Part shown: one piece after another, positions 30,124 through 40,500 of the stretch
How positions within the stretch are numbered: position 1 is the first letter of the stretch
How the letters are laid out: every line of letters starts with the position of its first letter
Source of the DNA: Perkinsela sp. CCAP 1560/9
Taxonomy: Eukaryota > Protista > Euglenozoa: Kinetoplastea
Direction: 5' to 3'
DNA length: 64,000 nt
Assembly: GCA_965644495.1 (NCBI GenBank)
Contig: CBFFSA010000007.1
Span: 830,001-894,000 of the forward strand
Made by a program: the position numbers and the translations under genes
The notes under the pieces: model-generated
The model's input: only the letters and a program-made list of their open reading frames with translations
Told to the model about the DNA's origin: nothing
Database searches by the model: none

Positions 30124-30368
30124 GGAAGTTTTGGTAGCAAAAGGTTTTATGGAGAAAGAAACGATATAATCCTCCACTAACCAGACTTATACATACACAA
30201 TTACACACACACACACAATTATACTTGTACGTTGCGATGATTGTATAACTACCGCTCTACCCTCGATTTTTCAAAAAAACGTGTAAAATAAAGAGCGAAA
30301 AAATAAAGAGAAACACAGTAATATCGTCACCCCCCTCACTTGTTATTTTACCTATAACAAGATTACAT

Positions 30369-31139
30369 TCATAATCTAGAAGAAAAAAGCTTTGCAATCG
30401 TTTCTTCTAGCTGCCTCTCGTCAAGTTTTTCGGAGATCTGCAGCACATGACTAACCGTAAGAATGGTTTCCGTGGTATCTGCATGCACCCAAACCCGGCC
30501 ATTCAACCCTATCGCCACTTCAAATCGTGCGGCGCGTGACAACGCCTCCAGTACCGCGCTTTTGTCACGCAGCAGGTGTCGGGCATAGTGTGGGGAGACC
30601 GCGACCACGTTCCCCCCTTTCAAGGCCCCAAACTCCCCCTCCCCCGTGACCCAATCCTTGTGAGCCACCCCCACAGAGGCACAGCAGGTAATCTCGGGTT
30701 CCATGTCCCGATACGCGGTAAGCACACGGGCGTAGATCGTGTCCCCGGGATAGAGCCTCGGTCGGTTCTGCCGCGTTGCTCCATCAAACCCCACGTGACT
30801 GAGCACCGCGTTGTGGGCAGTGTTGACATCCACCACGTAGGACCCGGAGACGTCTTTTTGGACGACTCCGACCACCAAGTCCCCCTCTGCTGGGAGGTAG
30901 ATACGCCCCCGCGTGCGCACGCTCACGGTGACGGCATACGTTCCCTGTGTGGGAGGCAGCGCAGAGGATTCCACAGAGAGAATCCCAGCCTTCGTGCAAA
31001 TTAAAGTAGGAAATTCAGCGCTTTCTGAAGATGCACGATGCATGACGCCATCTCCCAGAGTGACTTCGCCACTGGTAGAGAGCTCGGCGATGATGTCCCC
31101 CGGCAGCACAACGCTGCCGGAGGCAAGAGAGAGATTCAT
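30369..31139 (-). CDS. RRP40: Exosome cap subunit Rrp40
   Basis: VVLPGD, YLPAEGDLVVGVV, FDGATRQNRPRL, FGALKGG, FEVAIGLNGRVWV. Probable start MNLS at 31139. Confidence 0.92.
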   Translation of the reverse strand: MNLSLASGSVVLPGDIIAELSTSGEVTLGDGVMHRASSESAEFPTLICTKAGILSVESSALPPTQGTYAVTVSVRTRGRIYLPAEGDLVVGVVQKDVSGSYVVDVNTAHNAVLSHVGFDGATRQNRPRLYPGDTIYARVLTAYRDMEPEITCCASVGVAHKDWVTGEGEFGALKGGNVVAVSPHYARHLLRDKSAVLEALSRAARFEVAIGLNGRVWVHADTTETILTVSHVLQISEKLDERQLEETIAKLFSSRL

Positions 31140-31314
31140 TTTTTCAACTGATTTCTTACAAAAACGAATATAAATATGAAATGTTGTTCGAGCTACATGA
31201 AAAAAATATTCGAAAGTATTGGGCATTTGCGGTCTATTTTGCCTACTGCATATCGCTAAACTGTACAAAAATGCTTTTTGTAAGAATGATCGTATTGTTT
31301 TATCAATTTTAAAA

Positions 31315-31414
31315 TTTTCAGCGTCTTGTTAGGTAGCAAACTCGGTTGGGTCATCAGATGTATGCATTGTATGCACACATTTATGACAAATGCCTCGAGA
31401 AATCATCACGAAGA
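31315..31414 (-). ncRNA. Box C/D snoRNA, U15/snR13-like LSU guide, copy 1
   Basis: Minus strand order: C box GTGATGA (31409-31403); guide CGAGGCATTTG antisense to conserved LSU CAAAUGCCUCG; degenerate D' CATA; 10-bp hairpin; C' TGATGA; D box CTGA (31321-31318). Confidence 0.72.
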
Positions 31415-31454
31415 ATATGAAATAGAACACGCACTCCAATGAATTTTGATGTTC

Positions 31455-31690
31455 ATGCACCCGTTGGCGCAGAGATACAGCCCTTGATGCGACGGCCGCA
31501 ATGGCGGATGTCGCACCAAGGGGTATTTGGCACGGACTCTGTCGGTAGAGGGGGTCCAGGCAACTCGCTCTCATTTTACGCAGCTGGAGGAGCGTGCTGC
31601 AACTGACTCGGTCTCAGTCGGTAGAGGTGGTCCAGGCAACTCACCACCTCTTTACACAGCCGGAGAGGCGCACTGCAACCGACCGCTGCC
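31455..31690 (-). ncRNA. Unknown structured RNA(s): two tandem ~76-nt units plus a long hairpin
   Basis: Units 31541-31607 and 31618-31683 each close with GTC(A/G)GT/ACCGAC and are followed by AGA on the minus strand. A separate 12-bp stem CCTTGGTGCGAC/GTCGCATCAAGG lies at ~31482-31521. Confidence 0.5.
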
Positions 31691-31778
31691 TCGGGATGAG
31701 ACGGAGAAGAGCCACGCCCAGTGGTCCTCCTTTTTGAAAGTAAGGTCGTAATACGACGTATTGTTTATGAATCCTAAA

Positions 31779-31878
31779 ATTTCAGCGTATTGTTAGGTAG
31801 CAAACTCGGTTGGCTCATCAGATGTATGCATTGTATGCACACATTTATGACAAATGCCTCGAGAAATCATCACGAAGA
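31779..31878 (-). ncRNA. Box C/D snoRNA, U15/snR13-like LSU guide, copy 2
   Basis: Near-identical to copy 1 at offset 464, with two substitutions between C and D boxes; flanks more diverged. Confidence 0.72.
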
Positions 31879-32765
31879 ATATGAAATAGAGCACCCATTT
31901 CAATTAAAAACGTTCCTTTTGTTACGAAGTTCCAAAGTGACTCTGCCAAACTTGCCAACACTTGATTTTATACGCCATTTGCACCTTGTTGACCCTTTTT
32001 ATTAGCCATGTCGTTCCTTCTCCATGCGTCCGCTGATGCAGCCAGGCTCGACCGGAGAACCGTAGAAAGAGGGGGAAAGATACTTTCTCGCGAGTAGCAG
32101 CTAACGCTACAGTTAATAATATTACAGGCACCACACAACAAGAGTAGGATGCGATTGATCGCCTCAAAATCAAGTTGATAACGCTTCACGGACCCGACCT
32201 CCACTACATGGAAACACATGCATGGGACACATGAGAGACGTGCATGTACATGTAAACACGAGAGGAACACGAAAGGAATAATGCACAAAAAAACAAGACC
32301 CTGTTGCCTCGCCTGCACAGCTTAAAACTAACGCAAACTCTCACGCAACACGATCCATGATCTTATCAGCAGGAGACTGTCATCCATACAAGAAAATGTT
32401 GATTCATTAGTAAGGGAAAACTGGATGGCACACGCGGATGAAAAAGGCTATTTCTATCCTTTCTCGATTGTCTGCGAGGTCAGAGCCTTCGAATAATGTC
32501 GGATGGTGCGTCGGGTGATGGAACTTAGCGATCCCAGCCTTCCGAGTAAATTCTGTGTATGAATACCTAAAGTGACATTACTCGGAGTACTATACTAATT
32601 ACAGAATTGATGCTTTATTCTTTTAACATGTAACCTAGAGAGTCGAATTAAGAGCCAAAGGCAGAAAGACGGCAAATTTCGAAAATGCTTAGAGCGCTAT
32701 ACTGTAGTGATTTCTGCCAATGTAGTACATTGGACTTATAGTTTTACAAAACCATAATGTAAAGA

Positions 32766-33341
32766 TTATTGTCCTCTCCTTTGAAATCGAGTGCTTTGCT
32801 GTTCTGTACTTACGAAGTGAGACGCTGTATTTATCCCTTTACTTGTCAAAAAAGATTCATATTCCTCATCGGTGGGTATTTGCCTAATAGAATCTGCACT
32901 ATTTGACCCCCCTCTTTCATTTGCTGGTGGATATACTTCTTTCAAAATCGCAGTCGAACTTGCGTTATTACTATCATCACTGCAAACAGGAAATGGTCCA
33001 TCCTTACCGTAGCGCCAATATTTCGAAAAATATGCCCAGGCCAAAAGAATTCCGGACACCGATTTCGCGTCGGCCACTTCGATATCCGCGTCCGATAAAT
33101 TCTGTAGCTCTTTCCAGGCAAATAACAAAATCGCCTTTCTATCGGTTGTTTCGGCTTTTAAGTGTAATCTTTTCAGATGTCCCAATCTAACAGCAATGCC
33201 AGATGAAAACTTTTTTACACTATCGGTATTACTCGGTTCACTTGAAGTTTCTTTTGCGTTATGAATTAATGGTGAAGATTTTAGCGACCCTGAGTAAAAT
33301 TGATAGGAAGACCGTATTAGAAGTCTATCACTGCATTTCAT
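32766..33341 (-). CDS. Hypothetical protein, possibly mitochondrial
   Basis: 191-aa ATG ORF with an aromatic core LLAWAYFSKYWRYGKDGP. Confidence 0.6.
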   Translation of the reverse strand: MKCSDRLLIRSSYQFYSGSLKSSPLIHNAKETSSEPSNTDSVKKFSSGIAVRLGHLKRLHLKAETTDRKAILLFAWKELQNLSDADIEVADAKSVSGILLAWAYFSKYWRYGKDGPFPVCSDDSNNASSTAILKEVYPPANERGGSNSADSIRQIPTDEEYESFLTSKGINTASHFVSTEQQSTRFQRRGQ

Positions 33342-33707
33342 CCGAAAGGCCGTACGGTACAGGTTCCTGTTACCAAATATACTCCTTACAATATACCTGC
33401 TTTACACAAGATAAACTACTAGAAATGCTCCGCCGTTCAATTACACATTGATGGTAATATGGTTGGTTAAGAGAAGACTAATTTTTTGACTTGGGTTTAA
33501 AAGGAAAGGAAATCAAGAAGGAAAAGTCACACATTGATAATAATCAAAGCCAATGGAAGGATTAAAGTCGCGGAAACGCAGAGCGTGTTGCACTCCGATA
33601 TGCAAGAAGCAGCTCTAGTAATACAACTCTAGCAACTTTATGCATTCTGCGGGCGAAACGTCCACGTAGAATCAAAAGGCAAACTGAGAACAATGTGATC
33701 AAATTAG

Positions 33708-33899
33708 CTAATCTGACCACTGACCCGTTTTTCGGGTTTCATTAGCGATCTCTGCATTTTTATTGGCGTCCTGATTGGCCAAACAGTAAGCTTGTGAAAC
33801 AGGATCCATACAGGGGATTGGAACTGCGCTATTCCGACGAAATTCCTCCAAATCATCCGGTACACCGATGTCAATTTTGGTAAGCGGTCGACGAATCAT
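33708..33899 (-). CDS. CDC26: APC/C subunit CDC26 (APC12)
   Basis: MIRRPLTKIDIGVPDDLEEF matches the CDC26 N-terminal signature MLRRxPTxI/LxLxxDDIEEF; 63 aa. Confidence 0.72.
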   Translation of the reverse strand: MIRRPLTKIDIGVPDDLEEFRRNSAVPIPCMDPVSQAYCLANQDANKNAEIANETRKTGQWSD

Positions 33900-34207
33900 T
33901 CTGATTATTTACATAACAATTGTTGCTTATCAATTGAAGAATGCTAGTATGGTACAATTTACACTGGCGGAAAGGACGAGGGTGTAATAATAATCGAAAG
34001 GTACAAGCATCGCCTATTATCTGCCTACTTCGCACATACATCTTCACTTACTCTTACTTACACTTGTATACATCTTCAATTAGTGACACAAATCGTACGA
34101 CACAAATCATAGTGATACTATGACGAAAAATAAGTTGTTATAAATGCTTCCGTCAATTGAACCGATACTGTAACTAGAAACTATGTCTGAGTTTGCAGAT
34201 TAGAAAA

Positions 34208-35740
34208 TCACTTCGTAGAGATATCTTCTATGGAGGATTTCTGTTGAGCGCACGAAAGAATTTTCCGCGCAAGCGCACTAGTGGCGATAATGCTTATATC
34301 ACGGAGAGACATCCATTGGCCGCTTTCGTCACGGTCTGCTGCTTCACTCAAGTCAAGGACTTCATTGCCAAGGGTCTCAAAAACGGATTTCTCTTCCTGT
34401 TTGAGTGGATCAGTGGTTTCCATTTTTGCCTTCCGGGACTTGCATTTCGTCCTCGTAGGTTGAGGTTCGGGCTGTCTTGGTGAGATGCTTTCCTCTGAGC
34501 TATGTAGGCAAAACAGGCCAGAAAAGACTCGAACGGTCATGTGAATGTGAGAAAAAATGTGGACAATTTCACCGTTTGAAGAAATGGACCCGGCCTCAGC
34601 TCCCGAACATTGGGCAGCTTTATGAAGAGTTGTCTTGATCTTCGAAAGTGTTGCGCTCTTCGCGACGGTAATAGTAGGAAAATCCCATAAATTCGCCAGT
34701 AAGCCATTAGGTGGCCTCTTCGACATCCACACAGATTCCGCCTCCTTGTTAAAAATAACTAACGCAGCAACGGTCTCGCGCCTCACTTTGGATCGTTTCG
34801 CTTTCACGTCAAGATTATTCGATTCATCTGTCCTCCGAAGCTTTCCCTTTGATCTTTTTGAAACTCGTGCAGGTTTTTCTCTACTTACTTTACCTCCGTT
34901 CGACTCTGAGAGTTCCGGACTTATCTCACGTGTATTCCTCAGCGGGATAACCCCGGCAATCCCCCCTTCACCCAACTTCCCCTCCTTTTGCAGCGCCAGC
35001 GCCCTACAATGCGCACGAACCGGGCACCCCTCACACCGCACCACCTTCGGCATACACACCGTCGCCCCGAGCTCCATCACCGCTTGATTCCACTCCCCGG
35101 GGTTCTCCTGTCGCATCATCCGGGTCGCCAACGCCGTCACCCGTCGCTGATCCCCCGGCCTCTTCACATCCAACCCCCGCACCCCCCCGAGCCTCGCATA
35201 CACCCGCGTGACATTCCCATCCACCGCCGCGGCCCCCACCCCGAACGCCATCGAGGCAATCGCGGCTGCCGTGTAGGGTCCAATCCCGGGGATCTCCCGC
35301 AGCTCGGGGACGGAGCCCGGGAGCTCCCCGCCCCACCTCCCCACCACGAGCTGCGCCCCCGCGTGCAGCCCCCGGGCGCGTCGGTAGTACCCGAGCCCGG
35401 ACCACAGCCCGTGGACCTCCTCGAGGGAGGCCGCGGCGAGGGCGGCGGGGGTGGGGAAGCGGGCCATCCAGGCCGCCCAGTACGGGAGTACGGTGGCGAC
35501 GCGGGTCTGCTGGGACATGACCTCGGCGACCCAGATGGCGTAGGGGGAGGGGGTGTGGGGGGGGCGCCAGGGGAGGGGGCGGTGCGCGGTGGTGTACCAC
35601 GAGGAGAGGGCGCGGTGGAAGCCGGGGAGGTCCTCGAGGTCGGGGAGGGGAGCGGGGGAGGGGGAGGGGGGAGCGGGGGGGGTGGTGGTGGGAGGTGGGG
35701 AGGAGGGAAGGGGGGGTTTCGGAGGGATAGGGTGTCGCAT
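34208..35740 (-). CDS. MUTY: A/G-specific adenine DNA glycosylase
   Basis: RPLPWR, WVAEVMSQQT, WSGLGYYRRA, IPGIGPYTA, VDGNVTRV, FeS cluster C-X6-C-X2-C-X5-C, and Nudix-like GLLANLWDFP and HIFSH. Confidence 0.95.
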   Translation of the reverse strand: MRHPIPPKPPLPSSPPPTTTPPAPPSPSPAPLPDLEDLPGFHRALSSWYTTAHRPLPWRPPHTPSPYAIWVAEVMSQQTRVATVLPYWAAWMARFPTPAALAAASLEEVHGLWSGLGYYRRARGLHAGAQLVVGRWGGELPGSVPELREIPGIGPYTAAAIASMAFGVGAAAVDGNVTRVYARLGGVRGLDVKRPGDQRRVTALATRMMRQENPGEWNQAVMELGATVCMPKVVRCEGCPVRAHCRALALQKEGKLGEGGIAGVIPLRNTREISPELSESNGGKVSREKPARVSKRSKGKLRRTDESNNLDVKAKRSKVRRETVAALVIFNKEAESVWMSKRPPNGLLANLWDFPTITVAKSATLSKIKTTLHKAAQCSGAEAGSISSNGEIVHIFSHIHMTVRVFSGLFCLHSSEESISPRQPEPQPTRTKCKSRKAKMETTDPLKQEEKSVFETLGNEVLDLSEAADRDESGQWMSLRDISIIATSALARKILSCAQQKSSIEDISTK

Positions 35741-36096
35741 TTGGCGTGAAGGGTAGGGGGTAGGGAAAAGATAGAATGTGAATAGGAGTGTAATGCGGTG
35801 GTTGGATAGCTAGCGCTGTGTACGCTTGATTATGGCTAAAAGGTGAACAAAAACAAAGGAAAAACAGTACCGTGCTCGAGTACTTCGGAAGGAGGAACCT
35901 TTTTTTCTATTTTAGTCGGCTTGGTAAACCCCCAGATAGTTTTCAACGTAAAGCGCGCAGCAGTGCCTTCCACGTCGGAAACAACTACCGCGTTTAAGGA
36001 AGTGACAATAAGAAGACATTCTCTGAATGTCATCATTGGCATTCAGGCTGGAGCAAAATCAGATAATGTACAAAGTGTCCAAAGTGATAGTGGTCG

Positions 36097-37239
36097 TTAG
36101 TACACAGACTTTGGCATACGCGGACCATTCCTAGGGATGGGGGTCACATCCTCCATGTAACACACAACGAATTTGTCCCTTCGGTCCACGAGGGCCTTCA
36201 GCGCACCCTGTCTTCCATTGTAAAATCCCATGACGCGAACGACCAGTTGTATTTTACCAGATCTTCGACTCGAGGGAGCACCGGTGGCAGTGTTTTCTAG
36301 TGCCACAAGTTTAGGATACACAAGATCAAGGTACTTGGAAGCAACCATATGCCCTGTCTCCGAGGAACCCTCGGATCTCCATCCTTTCTCCCCGTGTTTT
36401 AATCCAAGCTTCCCCGCGGACATGGTGGTGTGAATGCATTTACCATCAATGTCAAAAATGACAGCATACGTGTTTCGACGACGAGAGATCAGGTACAGAA
36501 AATACATGTCACGGGTGTATCGCGGCATCTCAGCCCATAAATCTAAATTTTCGTGAAAGTTTACATCACCGGAAGGATACTGAGTCGTGTCTCTCCACTT
36601 TTTAAGAAGCGAGAACCCGTGCATCTCCTCAAACTCCTGGGCATTACGTATGGCTGGGGGCAAGGAAGAAGTCTCGGGTGGGCTGGAAAGTGTTGTTTTC
36701 GCTATGTCTATGGAATTTTCTTCGGAATCATCCAATGGGTTCACGTCTGAGTGTGTCGCTTCATCCTTAGGTCGAGCAAAGCGCGAGGCATTGCGAAGGT
36801 ACCACTCGGCGGCGTTGTAGTGTCGGTCCGTAATGTACTTGTCATTCGCTTGCATAGCCTTTATTTCATTGTGTAAGTTAGCCTCTGTGGCAAAACGTGA
36901 CTCGGGAGTAATATCATGTCCCGGTATTTGTACGTGTCGAAGGATTTCGTCATCTCGACCGATGCGGTCTGATGCCTCCTCGGGAGTCTGATGGATTTCT
37001 TCTCTCAAAGACGTTTTTGAGTCCGCGGTGACGTCTCGTGGTTCTGTAAAAGCTTGGAGAGCGGCATCAATGCCACGATGAGCCTCTTGATTCGCTCTTT
37101 CCAGAAGTAAACTCTCAAACATTTGTTGTCCTCCTTGCTGCGGTCGTAAAGTAGTGGGCTCTCGACGCCACTTATCACCATAGGCCGATGGTTTCGGCTT
37201 ACGCTTTCCGCGCCGTAGAAGATACAAGCAACGTCGCAT
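36097..37239 (-). CDS. MRPS11: Mitochondrial ribosomal protein uS11m with long N-terminal extension
   Basis: RRNTYAV, SAGKLG, VRVMGFYNGRQGAL, EDVTPIPRNGPR. Probable start MRRCL at 37239. Confidence 0.85.
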   Translation of the reverse strand: MRRCLYLLRRGKRKPKPSAYGDKWRREPTTLRPQQGGQQMFESLLLERANQEAHRGIDAALQAFTEPRDVTADSKTSLREEIHQTPEEASDRIGRDDEILRHVQIPGHDITPESRFATEANLHNEIKAMQANDKYITDRHYNAAEWYLRNASRFARPKDEATHSDVNPLDDSEENSIDIAKTTLSSPPETSSLPPAIRNAQEFEEMHGFSLLKKWRDTTQYPSGDVNFHENLDLWAEMPRYTRDMYFLYLISRRRNTYAVIFDIDGKCIHTTMSAGKLGLKHGEKGWRSEGSSETGHMVASKYLDLVYPKLVALENTATGAPSSRRSGKIQLVVRVMGFYNGRQGALKALVDRRDKFVVCYMEDVTPIPRNGPRMPKSVY

Positions 37240-37517
37240 AAAAAAGAGCTTTTGGTGGACAAAATACTGTAAAGCACTGAATAGTGTCAAAAATAAGAAA
37301 ATAATTTGTGAAGAGAAAAAAAGTACGATTGTAACACGACTGAAGAAATATTTGCACGTCATTCTGTAAGAGCAGCATTCTCATATTTAAGAAGAGAATT
37401 TAAGAATCTGAAAGGCCGGAAAGAATGGCAAAATGTTTTGGGCAGGAATGTATTTTATCGATTAAAAGTAGAACTTGTCAAGTACATCAGTACCACTTGC
37501 AAGCGACGACTATTGTG

Positions 37518-40500
37518 TTAAAATAGTTGGGGGATGGCATGCAGCCTCTGCAAAGTTGTGTATGTTCTTCGGGCTAGATGAGGCCCAAAATATTCAATAG
37601 AAGCCAATAGAGATGGAAGTTTCTCCGGGTAATTGAGAACCGCATCCTTGCACTCTAGAATTCGGCGGAGAACCTTTACAACCGCTTCTTCATCATCGAT
37701 ATCAAGGGCCTGTAAGGTCGATAGCAAATCGGTCAACGTGGCAAACGAGAATGTATCCAGAGCCTCTAAAGTACGGTGAGTCAAGTTAGGCACTACAGTG
37801 TCAAGCATTTGGTACGTTTCCGCGAAACTGGACTTCTGCAACTGCGTGACGGAACGTAGGGCCTCGAGGCAAAGAGAGGAAGGTACACGAAACATGATAG
37901 TTCTCCCACGAGTAAGAATTAGCTTTGTGATACGTAGAAGTTTCGGAAGGTCAGCTCCATCATACGCGCGAACAATCATTGTAGCGGACGTGGGAGTTAT
38001 AGCGTACCGGGTTTCCTGTTCCCCTTCTGGTGAAGAAGAACTCATGCTTTCATTTATCAACGTTTCCATGTGATGCAAAATTTCTTTGCGCGAGAGGGAC
38101 ATATGAGCTTCGTCATTGTCATCGAAGGTGCTGCAGGTTGCGTTGACGATACTTGCCAAAGTATTCATGTCTTGCCAAGGAAGGGTAGTACATTGAACGT
38201 CACGGAGTGGAAGGTACTGTGCCGCGCAAGGATGATACAACAGTACGGTGGCCATGTCCTCTCCTTGAAGCGCGGAACAAAGATAAGTAAGTTGATTCTT
38301 CATATTCCCTAAGTCGAGTCCGGGTAACTTGGAGGCCGCACACAACGACAAAACAATATCTTTGCGTGGGTGACTGCCTTTTGCAAAACTAAGTGCATAT
38401 TCTCCTATTAACATAACCGTATGAGGTTGAAGGAGCGCAGCCCATCGGTGGCAAAAGTCAATAATTTGTACCAAGAAAGATCCGTTAATCACGCACTTCT
38501 CCAGAAGGACTTTTATGATATTGTGTAGAGGCTGCTGTATCTTCTCCTGGTACCGTAACATTGTGTTCATCAGCGTAAGTAGGTGGTTTCCTTTCCACGA
38601 AGTCCCAGAAATAGTACGCAATCGATCCACAAGTGGTTGCCAAACTTCTGTACTTTCACATATCCCGCAGGCAGCAAGCGTTGAAAGAAGAGTCGTGACC
38701 TCATATCCATTCAAGCGTGGTGCAAGATCTCGCAAGATCCATAAAATTTGGGAAATACCCACCCGCCGGGGTGCTTTGCTAAGTGTTTGAAGAGACCAAT
38801 TACAGTCCATTGCAGTGCCTTCCTTAAGTAAGCGGTGAAAGCATTTCCGAAGGAGCAGCATTTCATCTGGGCTGTGATTCATGCATTCGTTTGCCATAAA
38901 CACGACAAGTTCCTGTAGTTTTAGAATCTGAACTCCAGGGAATACTTTTTGCTTAAGATCATGCAGTAAGTTGGCGTCGTGAAAATATGGTTGCCCAACT
39001 GCTGCACACATTCTGGTAGCTTGTGCTGAAGATAGTAACGGAAGTTTCTTCTCCATTGATCCACAGAGAAGCTCGCCCACTTCGTACGGTAAGTTCTCAT
39101 AGCGAAACATGGGTAGGCAAAACTGGGTGAATTCCATTGAATTCATTGAAGGTAAAAGACGGTGCATGTGGGGCAGGATTGCTTCGACAACTCTACAGGA
39201 CATTTCTTCCCCTTTCGTGTACGCCTTGAGAAGATATCCTAATTGCTGGCTGCTTAAATGAGAACCCGTCTTCAGAATTCTAACAGTTTTCTGGGTGGTA
39301 TTGCTTAGATCAGCCCCTATGCGGCTAAGACAGAGGACCACGCTCCCAATATTTTCCTCGTTGAGCGAAATTTGATGAAAACTTTTGATCAAGTGAATTT
39401 TCACTTCTTCTCTAGCATCGTAGCTGTGTCTAACAAGCTGAACTATTAGATTGGTAAGCGTTGAAGCCGAATATTCTTCAAATGAAGTGCAGCAAACCAA
39501 GGAAGAAGAAAACTCGGCGAAATCAAGATCCTTTTCAGAATTCAAGGACTCCCATGAATTGAGGATACGGGCAAGTTGTACTGGGTTAATTTCAATTTCT
39601 CGCAAACGTGAAATACAAGCATCTTGTAAATCGCGATCCAGAGTAATAGAAAACTGTTTTGCAATTGATGCAATCCAGCTGATACTTTCGGCAAACCCAT
39701 TCGTCAGTATTAAAGATGAAAGCTGTTTAATGCACTTAACGGATGGATATCCGAGTACTGTGTATGCGTAGGCAGTTTGAATCGTGCTATCCGACTTTAG
39801 TAGCCCCCGAGTAGAAAAGTAAGCGTTGTCAATCTCCTTTCGTATATTCTCACTTTTCCATTTCGCCTGAAGGAAAACGCCTCGAATAAGAAACGGAATT
39901 TCGCTGGCGTCTAAACTTTTGGACCTAATGCATTGAATTACAAAGGGCTCAATAACTTTCATAAGCGTGCCAAGTATTTCCACACCTGTCTCACTGCGTG
40001 ACAATAAATAGACCATGTGCGCCACATCTTTCATGTTTTTTGTGCGCAAGTAGACTAGACAATGCGCGTCCTGGGAAATCCATTCGAAGTCGTACGCATC
40101 CCGTCGGCCAAAAGCCAGTATAACTTCCAGAACCACAGCAGCCGTTTTCTTGTCATTATGCGTCGCTGCCCAAACGAATTGGGATAGCGACTGAAAGGAC
40201 ACGAGACGATAGTTGCTCCGGTCTGAAAGAAGAGGCCATATGACTCGAAATGTCATTTCCGACCGTCTGTCCTTCAGAACATCAATATACAGATTTGAAG
40301 CGAAAGGGCTCAGCGGGACGGTTTGGGCCACAACTGCTATGGGAATTTTTTCTAGCAAAGCTTTTAATATGTCTTTGTTAGGCGTAACAATTTTAATAAA
40401 GACCTGAAAGAGATATAGGCAGTCGTGAGGAGATATTTTATTTGCAATGGCAATCTTCATGTTCTGCGTAATATGAGTATGTTGGCTGTAGTCTTGATCT

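Noticed and set aside
31779-31856. Hammerhead ribozyme (hairpin-CTGATGA...GAAA on the minus strand)
   Set aside because: Stem II does not close next to GAAA, stem III is at most 2 bp and the NUH is out of register. The motifs are explained as C' and D boxes.
31291-31904. Two ~150-bp direct repeats read as LTRs of a TRIM/LTR element
   Set aside because: No target-site duplication or primer-binding site seen; identity peaks between the C and D boxes, which fits duplicated snoRNAs.
32101-32334. CTAACGCTA (32101) and AACTAACGC (32326) resembling the spliced-leader 5' end
   Set aside because: Only 9-nt matches, with no downstream CAGTTTCTGTA or TTG/GTA donor.
35836-36042. 68-aa minus-strand ORF between uS11m and MutY
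   Set aside because: No motif; the C-terminus is just a polypyrimidine tract, so it is probably UTR.
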